Shown: positions 14,108 through 24,950 of the stretch, one piece after another
Layout: the number at the start of each line of letters is the position of its first letter
How positions within the stretch are numbered: position 1 is the first letter of the stretch
From: Bispira polyomma
Lineage: Eukaryota
Reading direction: 5' to 3'
NCBI GenBank assembly: GCA_965649765.1
Contig: OZ287750.1
Span: 68,882,001-68,946,000, forward strand
DNA length: 64,000 nucleotides
Translations under genes and position numbers: made by a program
The notes under the pieces: generated by a model
Seen by the model: only the letters and a program-made list of their open reading frames with translations
Databases searched by the model: none
What the model was told of the DNA's origin: nothing

Positions 14108-14484
14108 CTGCAACATGCAAAATGAAAATTTGAAGCAAACTAGGAAAAAAAGCTTGATAAAAAAAATTGTTGTTGTCATGTGAACTTTAAGTAGGTGAAA
14201 ATTTATGAGAATATTTGCCATTCTAGTCATCTGTGGCCATTGCAAGACTACACAAAACATTATAAGTCCATATATTAGTTAATGTATGCTAAACGTCATA
14301 AAATTTTTATTTACATCCACAGGTGAAGATGACACAAGATGAGACAATACACCTTTCATTGCTAATCTGTTGAGATTCCTGAACTGGTTAAGGTCTGAAG
14401 TTCTGGATTGTCAAGTGTGCAGCAAACACTGACCCTATAACCAAGGACATATTATTAGCTGGACCATTCATCCAAACATGTTAC

Positions 14485-14877
14485 CTTACTGAGTCCCTCA
14501 ATCGTGAGAATGTCGTCTTGTGTGTCTCCACTAACCAATCGCTGTCTTTCTCTGCTCACATCAATGTCTTCTGAGCTGGCTCCCATTGGATTATCCGACT
14601 TGCTTTTCATACATGGTAACTTATTATAGAAAAATTTGTACTCCATCAACAGAGTAATTGTGAGGAAAATACACCCTTGGATAGCCAATGCCAGTATATT
14701 TCTGCCAACAAGATGCCAACTGAAAGGATCTTCAAAGTAATCTTCTCCAAAAGTTGCAAATGCATCGGCCACTATCTGGTTATGTGTCATATCTATTAGT
14801 CCACGACTGAGACAATACTGTGGGAAAATGAGGAACACCTTCCTGAGAGTTTTGTTGATCTCATACAACTCTTCATC
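14485..14877 (-). CDS. ABCA-family transporter exon (end of TMD2 and linker)
   Basis: TTGCAG|GAT acceptor and AAG|GTAACA donor; 393 bp, phase 0/0. Encodes LRKVFLIFPQYCLSRGLIDM, FSWHLVGRNILALA and EDIDVSRERQR, typical of ABCA1-like proteins. Confidence 0.93.
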
Positions 14878-15612
14878 CTGCAACAAAGTGATAACTGACA
14901 ATGTTGGAGTTGTGTTGACAATGATATATAGATATTCTGACTTAAAGCTTCAAAGTAAATATAGGGCATATGTTTGGTAAAACTAAGATTTGTACACATT
15001 GAGCTTTTCTGTGGTGATATTTACCCGGTACATACACTTATAATTATCTTATAAACAGTTACAATAAACATAATGCTAACAAAAGATAAAACCAGACTAA
15101 AACTTGGGAACTTTCTGTGTCCAGGACAAGTACTCTTGTACATGATAATTCAAATCAACGAGTGTAATACAGGTGGTAATGAGATTTATTTGTAGGCCGA
15201 CACATATTCGTTACTCTGCTAACTATATATGACCAGGCCAAGTAGTTAGCAATCAATAAATGAAACAGGTTAACACTCAATTACCAACAGAGCGTCAGTT
15301 ACAGGCTAATTACTCATTAAATGCTCAGTCATCAATTCTCAAAAGTTTGTGACTTACAGGCTAATTACTCATTCACTTAAAAACTAAGTAATCCCACTAC
15401 TCAATTACTCACTAAGCTAGACCTCTCAAACTTTACAATGCATCACAGCCAAAACCAGCTGAGCTGTTCAAGTAGCTAAACAAGTTATTTATTCTAATTC
15501 CCATATTGTCCCTCTGATAGTGAGAAGGAAATTAACTGATTTCATTAAAATCACACTTCTATTCTAGATCAATGAACCAACGACATTTCCCAGGCTTTGA
15601 AAATGAGCTTAC

Positions 15613-15760
15613 CCCTTCCAGTGCCAGCACTTCTAATATAAAAGTAGCAATTGTAGAAATGAAGCCCACACAGAGGTTGGCACATTGCAAGGCTACATAG
15701 GCAGTACTGGATACAGAGAAGAAGAATGACGAGGGGTACATCAGTGGTGTTATGGACCAT
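15613..15760 (-). CDS. ABCA-family transporter exon (TMD2)
   Basis: CCTCTAG|A acceptor and GGG|GTAAGC donor; 148 bp, phase 2/0. Encodes (G)[22 protein letters not shown], matching the ABCA1-type [11 protein letters not shown] motif, and splices in frame to the next two exons. Confidence 0.93.
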
Positions 15761-15856
15761 CTAGAGGAAAATAGAACATTTCTCATAGTTATACTTAATG
15801 TGTTAAACTTTTTGCACCCTAACAGCTATTAATGAGTCAGCATATTTGAAGTTGAA

Positions 15857-16030
15857 ATTCAAAAACTTAAAAATGCTTAGGTATAATAAACCCTTGGTCA
15901 GCCCAACATGGCTTTCGGGCCTGACGACCCTCAAGCCATATTGTCCCGACCTCGGTGCATATTTTCCAGTTTTGCCCTCACAAACAGCTTATATTCTGTA
16001 AATATATATATGCTGCCTATTTAAGACCCA
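15857..16030 (-). repeat. 174-bp inverted copy of 37757-37930
   Basis: Manual reverse-complement comparison gives 3 mismatches in 174 bp. Confidence 0.92.
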
Positions 16031-16201
16031 GGGGTTTACAATGTATTTGCCTGTATTGGTAAACAATTTTAGGTGGGAAATTTGCCGCCCTGTGGAAGGC
16101 TCTAATGAGTGTGGTGGGCTGACGCCCATGCGACAGCCCCCCTCAGTTCTGGTGGCAGGTCACTGGGGGGCCAATTAGGCCACCTGGGGTCACGGGGGCA
16201 A

Positions 16202-16211
16202 GTATAAAAGG
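16202..16211 (+). promoter_or_regulatory. Putative TATA box of the DIRS-order element
   Basis: GTATAAAAGG in a GC-rich island, with CCAAT at 16171, about 140 nt upstream of the gag ATG. Confidence 0.5.
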
Positions 16212-16342
16212 GATTGCCGCCAACAGGCGCCATCATTAGTTAAAAACAGTTCATAGATACAAGTGTTTTACAATTGGGGCTTTTACTACCCAGGGCTTTT
16301 ACTACCCAGATATTGTTTTAAATTTTAATTGAATGTGTAGTC

Positions 16343-17338
16343 ATGCCTAAGGAATACCCGTGTAGTGTATGTTCTGGTCGGCACGAACGTCCAGTTGGGA
16401 AGAAATGTAAATTTAATCCGTTGGACAGCGTCGCTGATGAGGTGGCTGCCGTTGATCCTGCTGTGCCTGCTGTTTCTGATTCCGTATCTAGTTTGATACT
16501 TCAACAACTGGTCGTGATGAATGAAAAGATGGACAGCATGGATCAACGAGTACAAGCTACTGAGGCGGCGCTGTGTAAACCCAGCGCACAGGCATGTAAC
16601 ACAGTTTCTAAATCTGTATCTAATGTCCCTAGTGTTAGTGAACCAGTGTTTGAGGCCGTTGTGCCCTCCCTAGATTACCTGCGTTCAAATTCCGGCTTAC
16701 AGAGTCAGGTAGACCAGCGCTTGCTGCAACTGCAACAACTCAATGATTTAACGAGAGGTAAACTGAAATCCCAAAGAGGTGGCGCGGAAGCTCCTGTTAA
16801 ACGTCATGTTGATTGGCCACAAAATTTTGTCTTATCTGTTGTAAAAAAGGTTAGACCCACTTATGATGACCTTACTTTGGTTCAGTTCGTCTCCGGGTTT
16901 GTTCGCTGTACGCAAGAGCAAAAAGAGTCCTCTGTCCGCGAGGCCATGTTGGAATATCTGGCATGTCTGATGGATGACGCCCATAACTTTTCGTGGGACG
17001 CCGCCAAAGCCGCTCACGCCATTTTGTTAACCAACATGGAAATGGACCGATTGAATTGGATGGATGTCGAAAAGGTCGACCGGGTAAGGCGCGCTCATGC
17101 ACAGCGTCATGTAACGTCCTCATCTAGTGGGTCTGGCCTTTCTAAAAGCAATGTTGGCAGTAAGGGTAAAACCTCGGTGAAAACAGCTGGAGTAAATTGT
17201 CGGTTCTTCCAAGAAGGAACGTGCAAATTTGATGCCAGCCATCGCACTTCTGGACAGTGGTTCAAACACTGCTGTGAGAGCTGTGGTGGCACGCATCAAA
17301 CCAAGTTGTGCTCCAAAAAGTCGGTGTCAAAAAACTAA
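16343..17338 (+). CDS. gag: Gag-like protein of the DIRS-order element
   Basis: Intact 331-aa ORF with an N-terminal CxxCxxxH..C motif, a coiled-coil segment, GKLKS and WPQ/YDDLTLVQFVSGF core, and C-terminal Cys/His fingers (CRFFQEGTC...H, HCCESCGGTH). Confidence 0.85.
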   Translation: MPKEYPCSVCSGRHERPVGKKCKFNPLDSVADEVAAVDPAVPAVSDSVSSLILQQLVVMNEKMDSMDQRVQATEAALCKPSAQACNTVSKSVSNVPSVSEPVFEAVVPSLDYLRSNSGLQSQVDQRLLQLQQLNDLTRGKLKSQRGGAEAPVKRHVDWPQNFVLSVVKKVRPTYDDLTLVQFVSGFVRCTQEQKESSVREAMLEYLACLMDDAHNFSWDAAKAAHAILLTNMEMDRLNWMDVEKVDRVRRAHAQRHVTSSSSGSGLSKSNVGSKGKTSVKTAGVNCRFFQEGTCKFDASHRTSGQWFKHCCESCGGTHQTKLCSKKSVSKN

Positions 17339-19869
17339 GGGGCCACTGCAGTATTGCAGTGGCTGCTAAGAAACTTGTACATAAAACCTGCTCTAGAGTT
17401 GTATATAATTCTACTTTTAGGGATTTTAAACTGTTTGATCATGTGTGTTGTAAATATAATGTGTGTACTGGACCCCGAGTTAACAGGTCATACCGGGACG
17501 TGTTGCAACAGGGCCTTGTGGTTACTGATACCAAGATTTGTGGAAACCGGGAAATGGGAAAAGTTAACACTGTTTCTGTTAATAAAACTCCCCAAGGTAG
17601 CAAACTCGTGTTCCATAATTCATCATTGCACAAGGTGTCGGGAAGGAAGCATTCACCCGTGAAGGTGTTAAATACACCAGCTGACAGGCGACGTGAGAAA
17701 ACAAATCACCAAAAGGTGTTAAGAAAAACACCTTTGGGTGGTGTGAAAACATCCGTGAATAGGTGGGTCGGTAACAATGCAAACCGGGTGTTACAAAACA
17801 AACCAATTGCGTCCAAAACAATTGAACTAAGTGATGGCGAAGGGTGCCCTAAACTTCTGGTTTCTCCGAGTGTGAAAACAATTGGCGCGGGTACCACTCC
17901 AAGTAATGCTAACAATAGTGGGTTTCGCCTTCCCATTCATAACCGGTTTAGTTGTTTAGACATTCCTGATGTAGAACTTCCTGACTCGAGTGACACGTTA
18001 GGTAAGGTCGATTTCACACCTAATCCACCACCTAACAAGAGATCTAACCCGTGTGATGACAAGTATGTACTGGACCTCTCAGGAGGCCTTGATAAAAGAC
18101 AGCGCTTAAATGCAGCTAAAGATAATGTGACCCACAAGTTGTGGGATATACAGAATAGTGGAAAGTATGGGTTCATACCAACTAGTTCCTGGGGTACCCC
18201 AGTGATTGATTGTTCCAATAACCAATTGATCACAGACGTGTTTACACTACATAAGTCCCTTAAATTGGATGGGAGACCAAATTATAAGGGTTTACAAGTC
18301 CCCATACACACCCAACTGACGGTCCCTGCCTGGGAAAAGTACTTAGCGAATTATTGGGATTGGGAACTCCCCTTACTGATAAAATTCGGATTTCCTCTTG
18401 ACTGTAATGAAGAACACGAGTTCAAGTCTGACTTGAACAATCATGCTTCAGCCAATCAATATCCTGAACATGTGAACCATTACCTGAAAGAAGAATGTTC
18501 TATGGGTGCTATGTATGGACCTTTCGTCCATCCCCCAATTGATGATGTGCACACATCCCCATTTATGACTAGAGACAAATCAAGCTCGGTTAACCGATGA
18601 GTCATAATCGATCTGAGTTGGCCCATCGGTCATTCGGTTAATGCAGCCGTGTCATTGAGTTCGTATCTGGACAAGGAATTTGTACTTACTTACCCTTCCA
18701 TAGATGACATAACCCAACAAGTGTTGCAAAACGGTAGGGGCTCCTTGCTATTTAAAGCGGATATTAGTCGCGCATTCCGTCACGTGACCCTAGACCCCAG
18801 AGACATCAATTGCCTGGGCTTATACTGGGACGGCTACTATGTCGACGGCTCGTTGCCCTTTGGCTACCGACACGGTTCAGTGATTTTTCAGAGAATTTCT
18901 GACGGTATAAGGTATATAATGGAAGGTGAATGTCATCAAATCACCAACTATATAGACGATCTGTTATGTTCTTCTGTTCCCTCAAAAATCTATAAAACGT
19001 ACCACCGACTGCAGGCCCTTTTGGCCGAGTTGGGTTTGACTCTCAGCAAGAAGAAGCTGGTTCCTCCAGCCACCCGGGTAACCTGCCTAGGCATAGTTAT
19101 AGATACAGTTCGGTTCACTACATCGATACCAGAGGACAAACTAGCTCAGGTTCAAAAAATATGTGGCAATTGGAGTGATAAAAAGCAGTGTACTAAGCGG
19201 GAGCTCCAATGTTTATTGGGTTCTTTGCTATATATTTCTAAATGCGTGAAGTACTCACGATTTTTTCTGAATCGGATGTTGCAACTCCTCCGAAGCAATC
19301 ACCACAAAAGAAGTATGAAAATTAACCCTGAGTTCAAAAAGGACCTTAACTGGTTCATTGAGTTTCTCCATAAATACAATGGGGTGACATTTTTTCATCA
19401 TGCCCCCATTACTGACATTGTAGAGTTGGATACCTGCCTAACAGGCATGGGAGGAGTGTATGGCAAACAAGTATATTACCTTCCCATTCCTGCTGCTATG
19501 CAGAAACATGATATTGCTTCATTGGAGATGCTTAACATTCATGTGGCTTTGAAATTGTGGGGCAAATACTGGCAAGGACGTAGACTGTTAATTAAATGTG
19601 ATAACCAGGCTATTGTAAGTGTCCTTACTCATGGTAGAACTAGAGATAGCGAATTAGCCCTGTACTCGCGGAACATATTCATGCTGGCTAGCCAGCTCAA
19701 TGTAGAGATACAGGTGGTTCATATTCTAGGAAATGACAATACCACTGCTGACCTCTTGTCTCGCTGGACAAATTCAATTAAGGATAATGTTCTCTTACAG
19801 GAGCTGGTGGGCAATGTCCAATGGTGTGCCGTGACAGAGGACCACTTACTGCTTAATCACCACATTTAG
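17308..19869 (+). pseudogene. pol: RT/RNase H ORF of the DIRS-order element with a single nonsense mutation
   Basis: ORFs 17308-18600 and 18649-19869 share a frame. The TGA at 18598 falls in R*VIIDLS (likely CGA>TGA). RT motifs KADISRAF, LPFG, YIDD and CLG, and RNase H motifs ELD.C..GMGG, LEMLN, CDN and ADLLSR are present. Confidence 0.92.
17329..17364 (+). promoter_or_regulatory. Putative -1 programmed ribosomal frameshift signal (gag to pol)
   Basis: In-phase heptamer A_AAA_AAC (17329-17335) directly before the gag TAA, a 6-nt spacer, then a perfect 9-bp hairpin GCCACTGCA-GTAT-TGCAGTGGC (17342-17363). The pol ORF is in the -1 frame. Confidence 0.8.
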
Positions 19870-19951
19870 ATATTGCTTTGTCTGGTTGCATGGTATTATG
19901 TTGATCAACCTTTACAAATGTTACTTTGTCTGCTTTGTGTTTGTGTTATAG

Positions 19952-20940
19952 CTAGAACTCCCCTGCAGCAGTTATTATATCTAAATGCAACGAAGAAGCT
20001 TCACCTGGCCTTCTGCAGGTCTACAGACAGATCTTATACTGCGATGTATAGGGTGTACCAAGCTTATGCATCCTTCTCGGATCTGCCTTGTGACCAGGTG
20101 ACAGCTATTGATCTTCTTGCTTTTTTAGAATTGTTACACTTTAACTCTGTAAAACCTGCCCATATGGCCAATTATTTATCTGCTATTAAAGCTAAGAGTA
20201 TTGTATACAATGTGCCCATTCATGCCTTCAGTGACCCTCGCTTGGCTTACTATCAAAAGTCTGTCCAATTAGCTGCCCCCTTAAATGTTCAGCTCAAAAA
20301 GATTATAGACATACCTCTTCTGACTAGTATTGTCAATGTCTCCAACACCACTTACATGGGTCCTATCTTTACAGCTGTGTATTTGGTCAGCTACTTTTCC
20401 TTCCTGAGGTTATCCAACTTAGTACCTCATTCCTGTCTTCAGTTTTCTGCTTTAAGACATCTATCAAGGGCTGATGTTATGTTTCACAGGGACAAAGCTG
20501 TCCTTTTGGTAAAATGGTCCAAAACAATGCAGATTAATAATCAGATTAGACTTATTACTATCCCACGTTTGGTGGGTTCCCCTCTTTGCCCTGTGGGGTC
20601 ACTGCAGGCAATTATGGCTCTTACTCCGTCTGAACCTAATTCACCCTTATTTCAATTGAGAGACAAATCTCACTGGGTTCCGCTTACTGACACCCGTGTC
20701 CGCAGGCATTTCAAAACGATACTTGCCAGGCTCCAGTTGCAGGATTCTGGCCTCACACTGCACGCTTTCCGACGTTCGGGTGCCACTTTTGCCTTTAACC
20801 ATAACGTCAGCATTCAGAACATCCAAAAACATGGCACTTGGACGTCGGATTGCGTGTGGAGGTATGTTACCGACTCAGTGGATGCGGGCCAGCAGGTATC
20901 GGACACATTTCGCCATCATCTTGCTACTTCTTCTTCCTAG
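19952..20940 (+). CDS. Tyrosine recombinase of the DIRS-order element
   Basis: Catalytic residues are intact: FLRLSNL (R), KWSKT (K), HAFRRSGAT (H-x-x-R), HGTW and VWRY (Y). Start is given as the predicted splice acceptor; the frame is open from 19870. Confidence 0.92.
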
Positions 20941-22075
20941 CTTCCTACTTGCTGGGTTTGGGTCTTTCTACTCAAAATTTAGTCTATATTTTCATATTCT
21001 AGATAATTATGTAACTTTTGCATTACATGTAGTCACATGCTAGTCATGTATAGTGTCATATAGAATTTAAATTACTATTTCACTTGCTAGTCATTTCATG
21101 TTACAACTATAAAGTTAACTTCACAGAGTAGTATTTTATTTCCTAGTAATTGTATGCTACAACTAGTAATTCAACTTCATGAAATAACTGTTTCATTAAA
21201 AGGTAATAGAATCTGTAATTAACTGCAAAATTACAACTTAACTCTTCTTCTATACATTTTAAGGTCACCTCAATTTCGTTAATTCCCCTATGGGTTAAAA
21301 TTTTAGTATACTAACCTGTATTTAAGGTGATCTTTAGCCCCCTTTTGTAGTCTAAATTATAAGATCATCTCCATTTATAAGTCCCCTACGGGCTTTGTCC
21401 TTTCACTTATTTAACTGTGTTGGGGTGACCTTATCTTGTTCTTTGAAGTTATGTAAAATATTATTATTACTTTCACTCAATTTAGTATGACTTAAAGTTA
21501 CAAATTATCATGACCTTAAGTCACGTTGCATATAGTAGTTTAACATAGACTAACAATAAAATATTTTACCGCATTCTGCTTACTTACTATCTTGCCTTCT
21601 TGACCTCTGACCCTTTGGCCTGTCACGTGGGGAATGTTCTATTTTTAGACCAGTATGGGGAAACTGACACCTGACGCCAGCACAAAGCACATGTTTAGCT
21701 TAGCGTAATATGATTAACGGGATACATTAATGTGCTCTTTATATTAAAATAAACGTGACTTTTATTGTAAACAAAACATCAATAAAGCTAGGTCTCAGCC
21801 GAATAATTTGGCTCACTAGAACCCATCAAATCCTCATTTTCAGGGTAGACTTATATTTTATGTGTTTTTGATGTATGTGTGTGCATATGACATTATAAAC
21901 AGATACTTATTGTAACAAAAGTTTAGCAGCCATGCATATATTGAATTATTTTTATTGATGTATATGTATATAGAAAGACAAAATAAAGTCCATGAAACAC
22001 ACACACAAAAAAACTCTTTTAAGATGGCAGATTTTCAAATTCTTCAATTTTTTCTAGAGAGGACGAGCACTTTTC

Positions 22076-22329
22076 TACGGAGCCCTGGAGGGGACATTCT
22101 AAATATTTTTTACCCAGATTATTTTGTTCTCCTGGTTTATAATTCATTAGCACAGTTTATAATTTGTGAGCACAGATTATAATTTGTGCACACGGTTTAT
22201 AATCTTTTCTCACAGTTTATAATCTGTGTACACAAATTACAAACCATGCGCACAGTTTGTAATCTGCGAGCACAAATTAATCTGGGTAAAAATATTCACA
22301 ATGTACAATGTCCCCTCCAGGGCTCTGTA
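22076..22329. mobile_element. 254-bp IS3EU-like MITE
   Basis: TIRs TACGGAGCCCTGGAGGGGACATT...AATGTCCCCTCCAGGGCTCTGTA; 6-bp TSD CTTTTC at 22070-22075 and 22330-22335; internal short CACAGTTTATAATYTGTG repeats. Confidence 0.85.
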
Positions 22330-23253
22330 CTTTTCTGATAGGACAACAATATTATCTGAAATGATACTGACAACAGTAATATTCATGAAACTGGCTAACT
22401 TATGTAAAATAATGATGAGATGACGTTTGTGGTGTCAACTTATGTTAAAATAATAATGAGATGATGTTGTAGTTTATTAGGTAGCTCATTATGTATTAAG
22501 TAGTTCACAAATACATCTAATATTATATGCACGCAGATCCTTATTAGAGTACAAACACGTGAAGGACTCTGGAAATTGCCAGCCAATATCTGGGTGCAAA
22601 TTTTTGTATTTATTATTAACAGCTTTTTTATTGCAAAAACATTTCACAACATAAAATATTTAAAGGTAAAAAGTTTATTGTTTTCTTACCTTAGAGAATG
22701 GCATTGCGTTAAAGTATTGACATGCTCCTTTTCTAAAGCATACCAAGCTGTTAAATGCATTTAATTATTTATTAACATGTCTTTGATTGGGACAAAGCCT
22801 TCACCTCAATTTCCAGCTGACCAATTTTAAGTTATGCTTATTGACCTATATATTATCTATGATGGTTAAGTTCAATAATACCAGTGATTTAGAAAAACAA
22901 ACAAACAAATAAATAATTAAACATTTACTCAGTGACCAGAGTCGAGTCCATTTTTGACCTTGAATTAACACAAATATATAACACAATATCTCTTGGTATA
23001 TTTTGTTTATTTTTCATGCATTCCTTCGTATACAGTATAACATACAAATATTAGCCAATATGCTACCACCCTGACAGTTTTGGGTTTTATTACACACAAG
23101 TATAAGCCAATGGCTACCACCATTACAGATTATGTGATTATTTGAAGTGAATACTAGAATAATAACCACCCCAACAACACTTAATTAAATTAACATATAA
23201 GGCAATAACCTAATAACCTTAGAATAGCCTTAAGGGGAGGAGGGGGGGGGGGG

Positions 23254-24950
23254 AATAAAATTATACCTCCGTCCCAGTTGGTGCCAAAAATGTACTGCGA
23301 CAACTAACGCTTTATTCTTTTGACAGTTCATTTCCTGATAAGGATATGGCCGATTCATGTTACTCATGTAGTGAGCACAAACGTGCCTGAGCCAGACATT
23401 GCCTACTTTGTGATCTACACTGGATTCACAAGTGCCCGACTGAAATTTAGTACATACTTCCTTGTTATTGGAGAAACTGGAAGCTGACTTAACATATCCC
23501 GATTTGGCATTAGCCACTACTTGTCTTTGGGCAAACTGTCATCGAATATCATTTACTTTATCCGGTTCCGCCCAGGTTAATAACCAGTCCTCCATACTAC
23601 ACATAACAACCCTATGCGCCCCTTTGGCTACTGACTGACCGAAGTCCATGGCATTTTGAAGTAACTCAGTACTAAACTTAAGCATGTTTTGCTGAATTTG
23701 CAAATCGGATTCTTTAAGAATACATCTATTAAAACCCAGAGACCATTGTAGCAATGTAAGCTCTTTATATGTCACTCTTTTACAGTCACTTCCAATGAAA
23801 CACAGATCATGAGGCCAACAAACGAACCTCTCACAAGGGGTTTCCCCTCCAACTCTAAACTGACCAGACTTAACTTTCCTGTTTCCTGTTCCTTAGCTTT
23901 AAAATTTGACATACCGAAGTCCAGTACTTGATCCTCCTGGTCCTCCATCTCCAGTAGTCGCCTCTGAACTTCCTGTTGTACAACCAAATCCGAACTAACA
24001 CCATTCAAACCTGATCCAAAAGTTTGTAACTGTTCATGTGACAATTTCGCCCCTCCCAGTGAGGGAGAAATCTTCAGAGAGTTAACAGATACTACTGGGG
24101 CAGTAACTGTTGCCCTAACACCAGAATTAGCCACCACATCTGAACTTGTACTCGATTTAATAGTATCCACCCGTTTCATCAGCTGCGAGTTAACATCCTT
24201 CAAAGAAAGCACCGCCTGTGTCAGCTGGCCTAACTGCTGAAGTACATCTGACGTCTGAGGATCACCACTGCCACTGATAAGCTGTTGCCCAACATCTGAC
24301 ATCTGACGCCCATCACTGCCAAGGTTTAGCTGTGAATTTATCTGATCATTCAGCTCTGAGACAGGAAGCCTGCTAGCAGCCTCGGCTGTGAGTCTCACCT
24401 TGACTACGCTTCTTGTTCCTGTACGACTAAGAAAACCGACCACTTGACGCTGGCATAGACATTGGCATTGATACGTCAACCAGACCTCAACCCTGTGCTC
24501 AACCTGACAGTCCGAACAAGCTGTCGTTAGTCCCTTTCTGTTTACTCTTCTTAGGCTTCTCCCCTGGCAAACTAGCCATCGCTGGGACAGTCACTTTGCT
24601 GGTTTTAGTTGCTACTATCCGACCAGCACTTAGTCCTTTAGGTTTCTTGAAACTCCTTATAACTGCTATAGACCAGTTAAAATTAAAAGCGAAACATACA
24701 CGAGTTTTGTGACGAATCTAGGCACCAACTGGGACACTAGTATCTCTATGAACACACAAATATATATAAGTACTCTCTGTGAATGTTTTCTACTCCGTTT
24801 CTCTGGAACACAAATCCGGTGTTACCAATAAAAACTATCTCTGTAACACAAATCCGGTGTTACCGTTATAAAATATCTCTGGAACACAAATCCGGTGTTA
24901 CCAATAAAATTATACGTCTGTCCCAGTTGGTGCCAAAAATGTACTGTGAC
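23254..24950 (-). mobile_element. Degenerate gag-only DIRS-order element bounded by 48-bp direct repeats
   Basis: Frameshifted pieces are homologous to the 16343 Gag: CSDCQVEH finger; TYKELTLLQWSLGFNRC vs TYDDLTLVQFVSGFVRC; AKGAH vs AKAAH; CTKFQSGTC...H...WLRHVC vs CRFFQEGTC...H...WFKHCC. Direct repeats at 23254-23301 and 24903-24950 differ at 3 positions. Confidence 0.8.
24800..24910 (+). repeat. 3 x 38-bp tandem repeat inside a 16-bp inverted repeat
   Basis: TCTCTG(G/T)AACACAAATCCGGTGTTACC x3, flanked by GGCACCAACTGGGACA (24721-24736) and TGTCCCAGTTGGTGCC (24919-24934). Confidence 0.85.

Larger units (their letters stand above)
16031..21655 (+). mobile_element. Tyrosine-recombinase (DIRS-order, Ngaro/PAT-like) retrotransposon, near-complete coding region
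   Basis: gag, RT/RNase H and YR ORFs lie in order on the + strand, with no protease, DDE integrase or methyltransferase. Terminal repeats were not recognised, so both boundaries are approximate. Confidence 0.9.

Noticed and set aside
18598-18600. Programmed readthrough of the TGA inside RT
   Set aside because: It falls at a normally Arg position (RRVIIDLS) and is best explained by CGA>TGA CpG decay; no readthrough context is evident.
16325-21043. Antisense and alternate-frame ORFs over the DIRS element
   Set aside because: Short, motif-free shadows of the GC-richer coding strand.
15768-21645. 13-bp inverted match AAAATAGAACATT / AATGTTCTATTTT as DIRS terminal inverted repeats
   Set aside because: Short and AT-rich, and the left copy is the polypyrimidine tract of the ABCA acceptor, so chance is sufficient.
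22690-22750. Possible small - strand exon (strong AG|GTAAGA donor) as the missing ABCA exon
   Set aside because: No frame resembles ABCA sequence and nothing else supports it.
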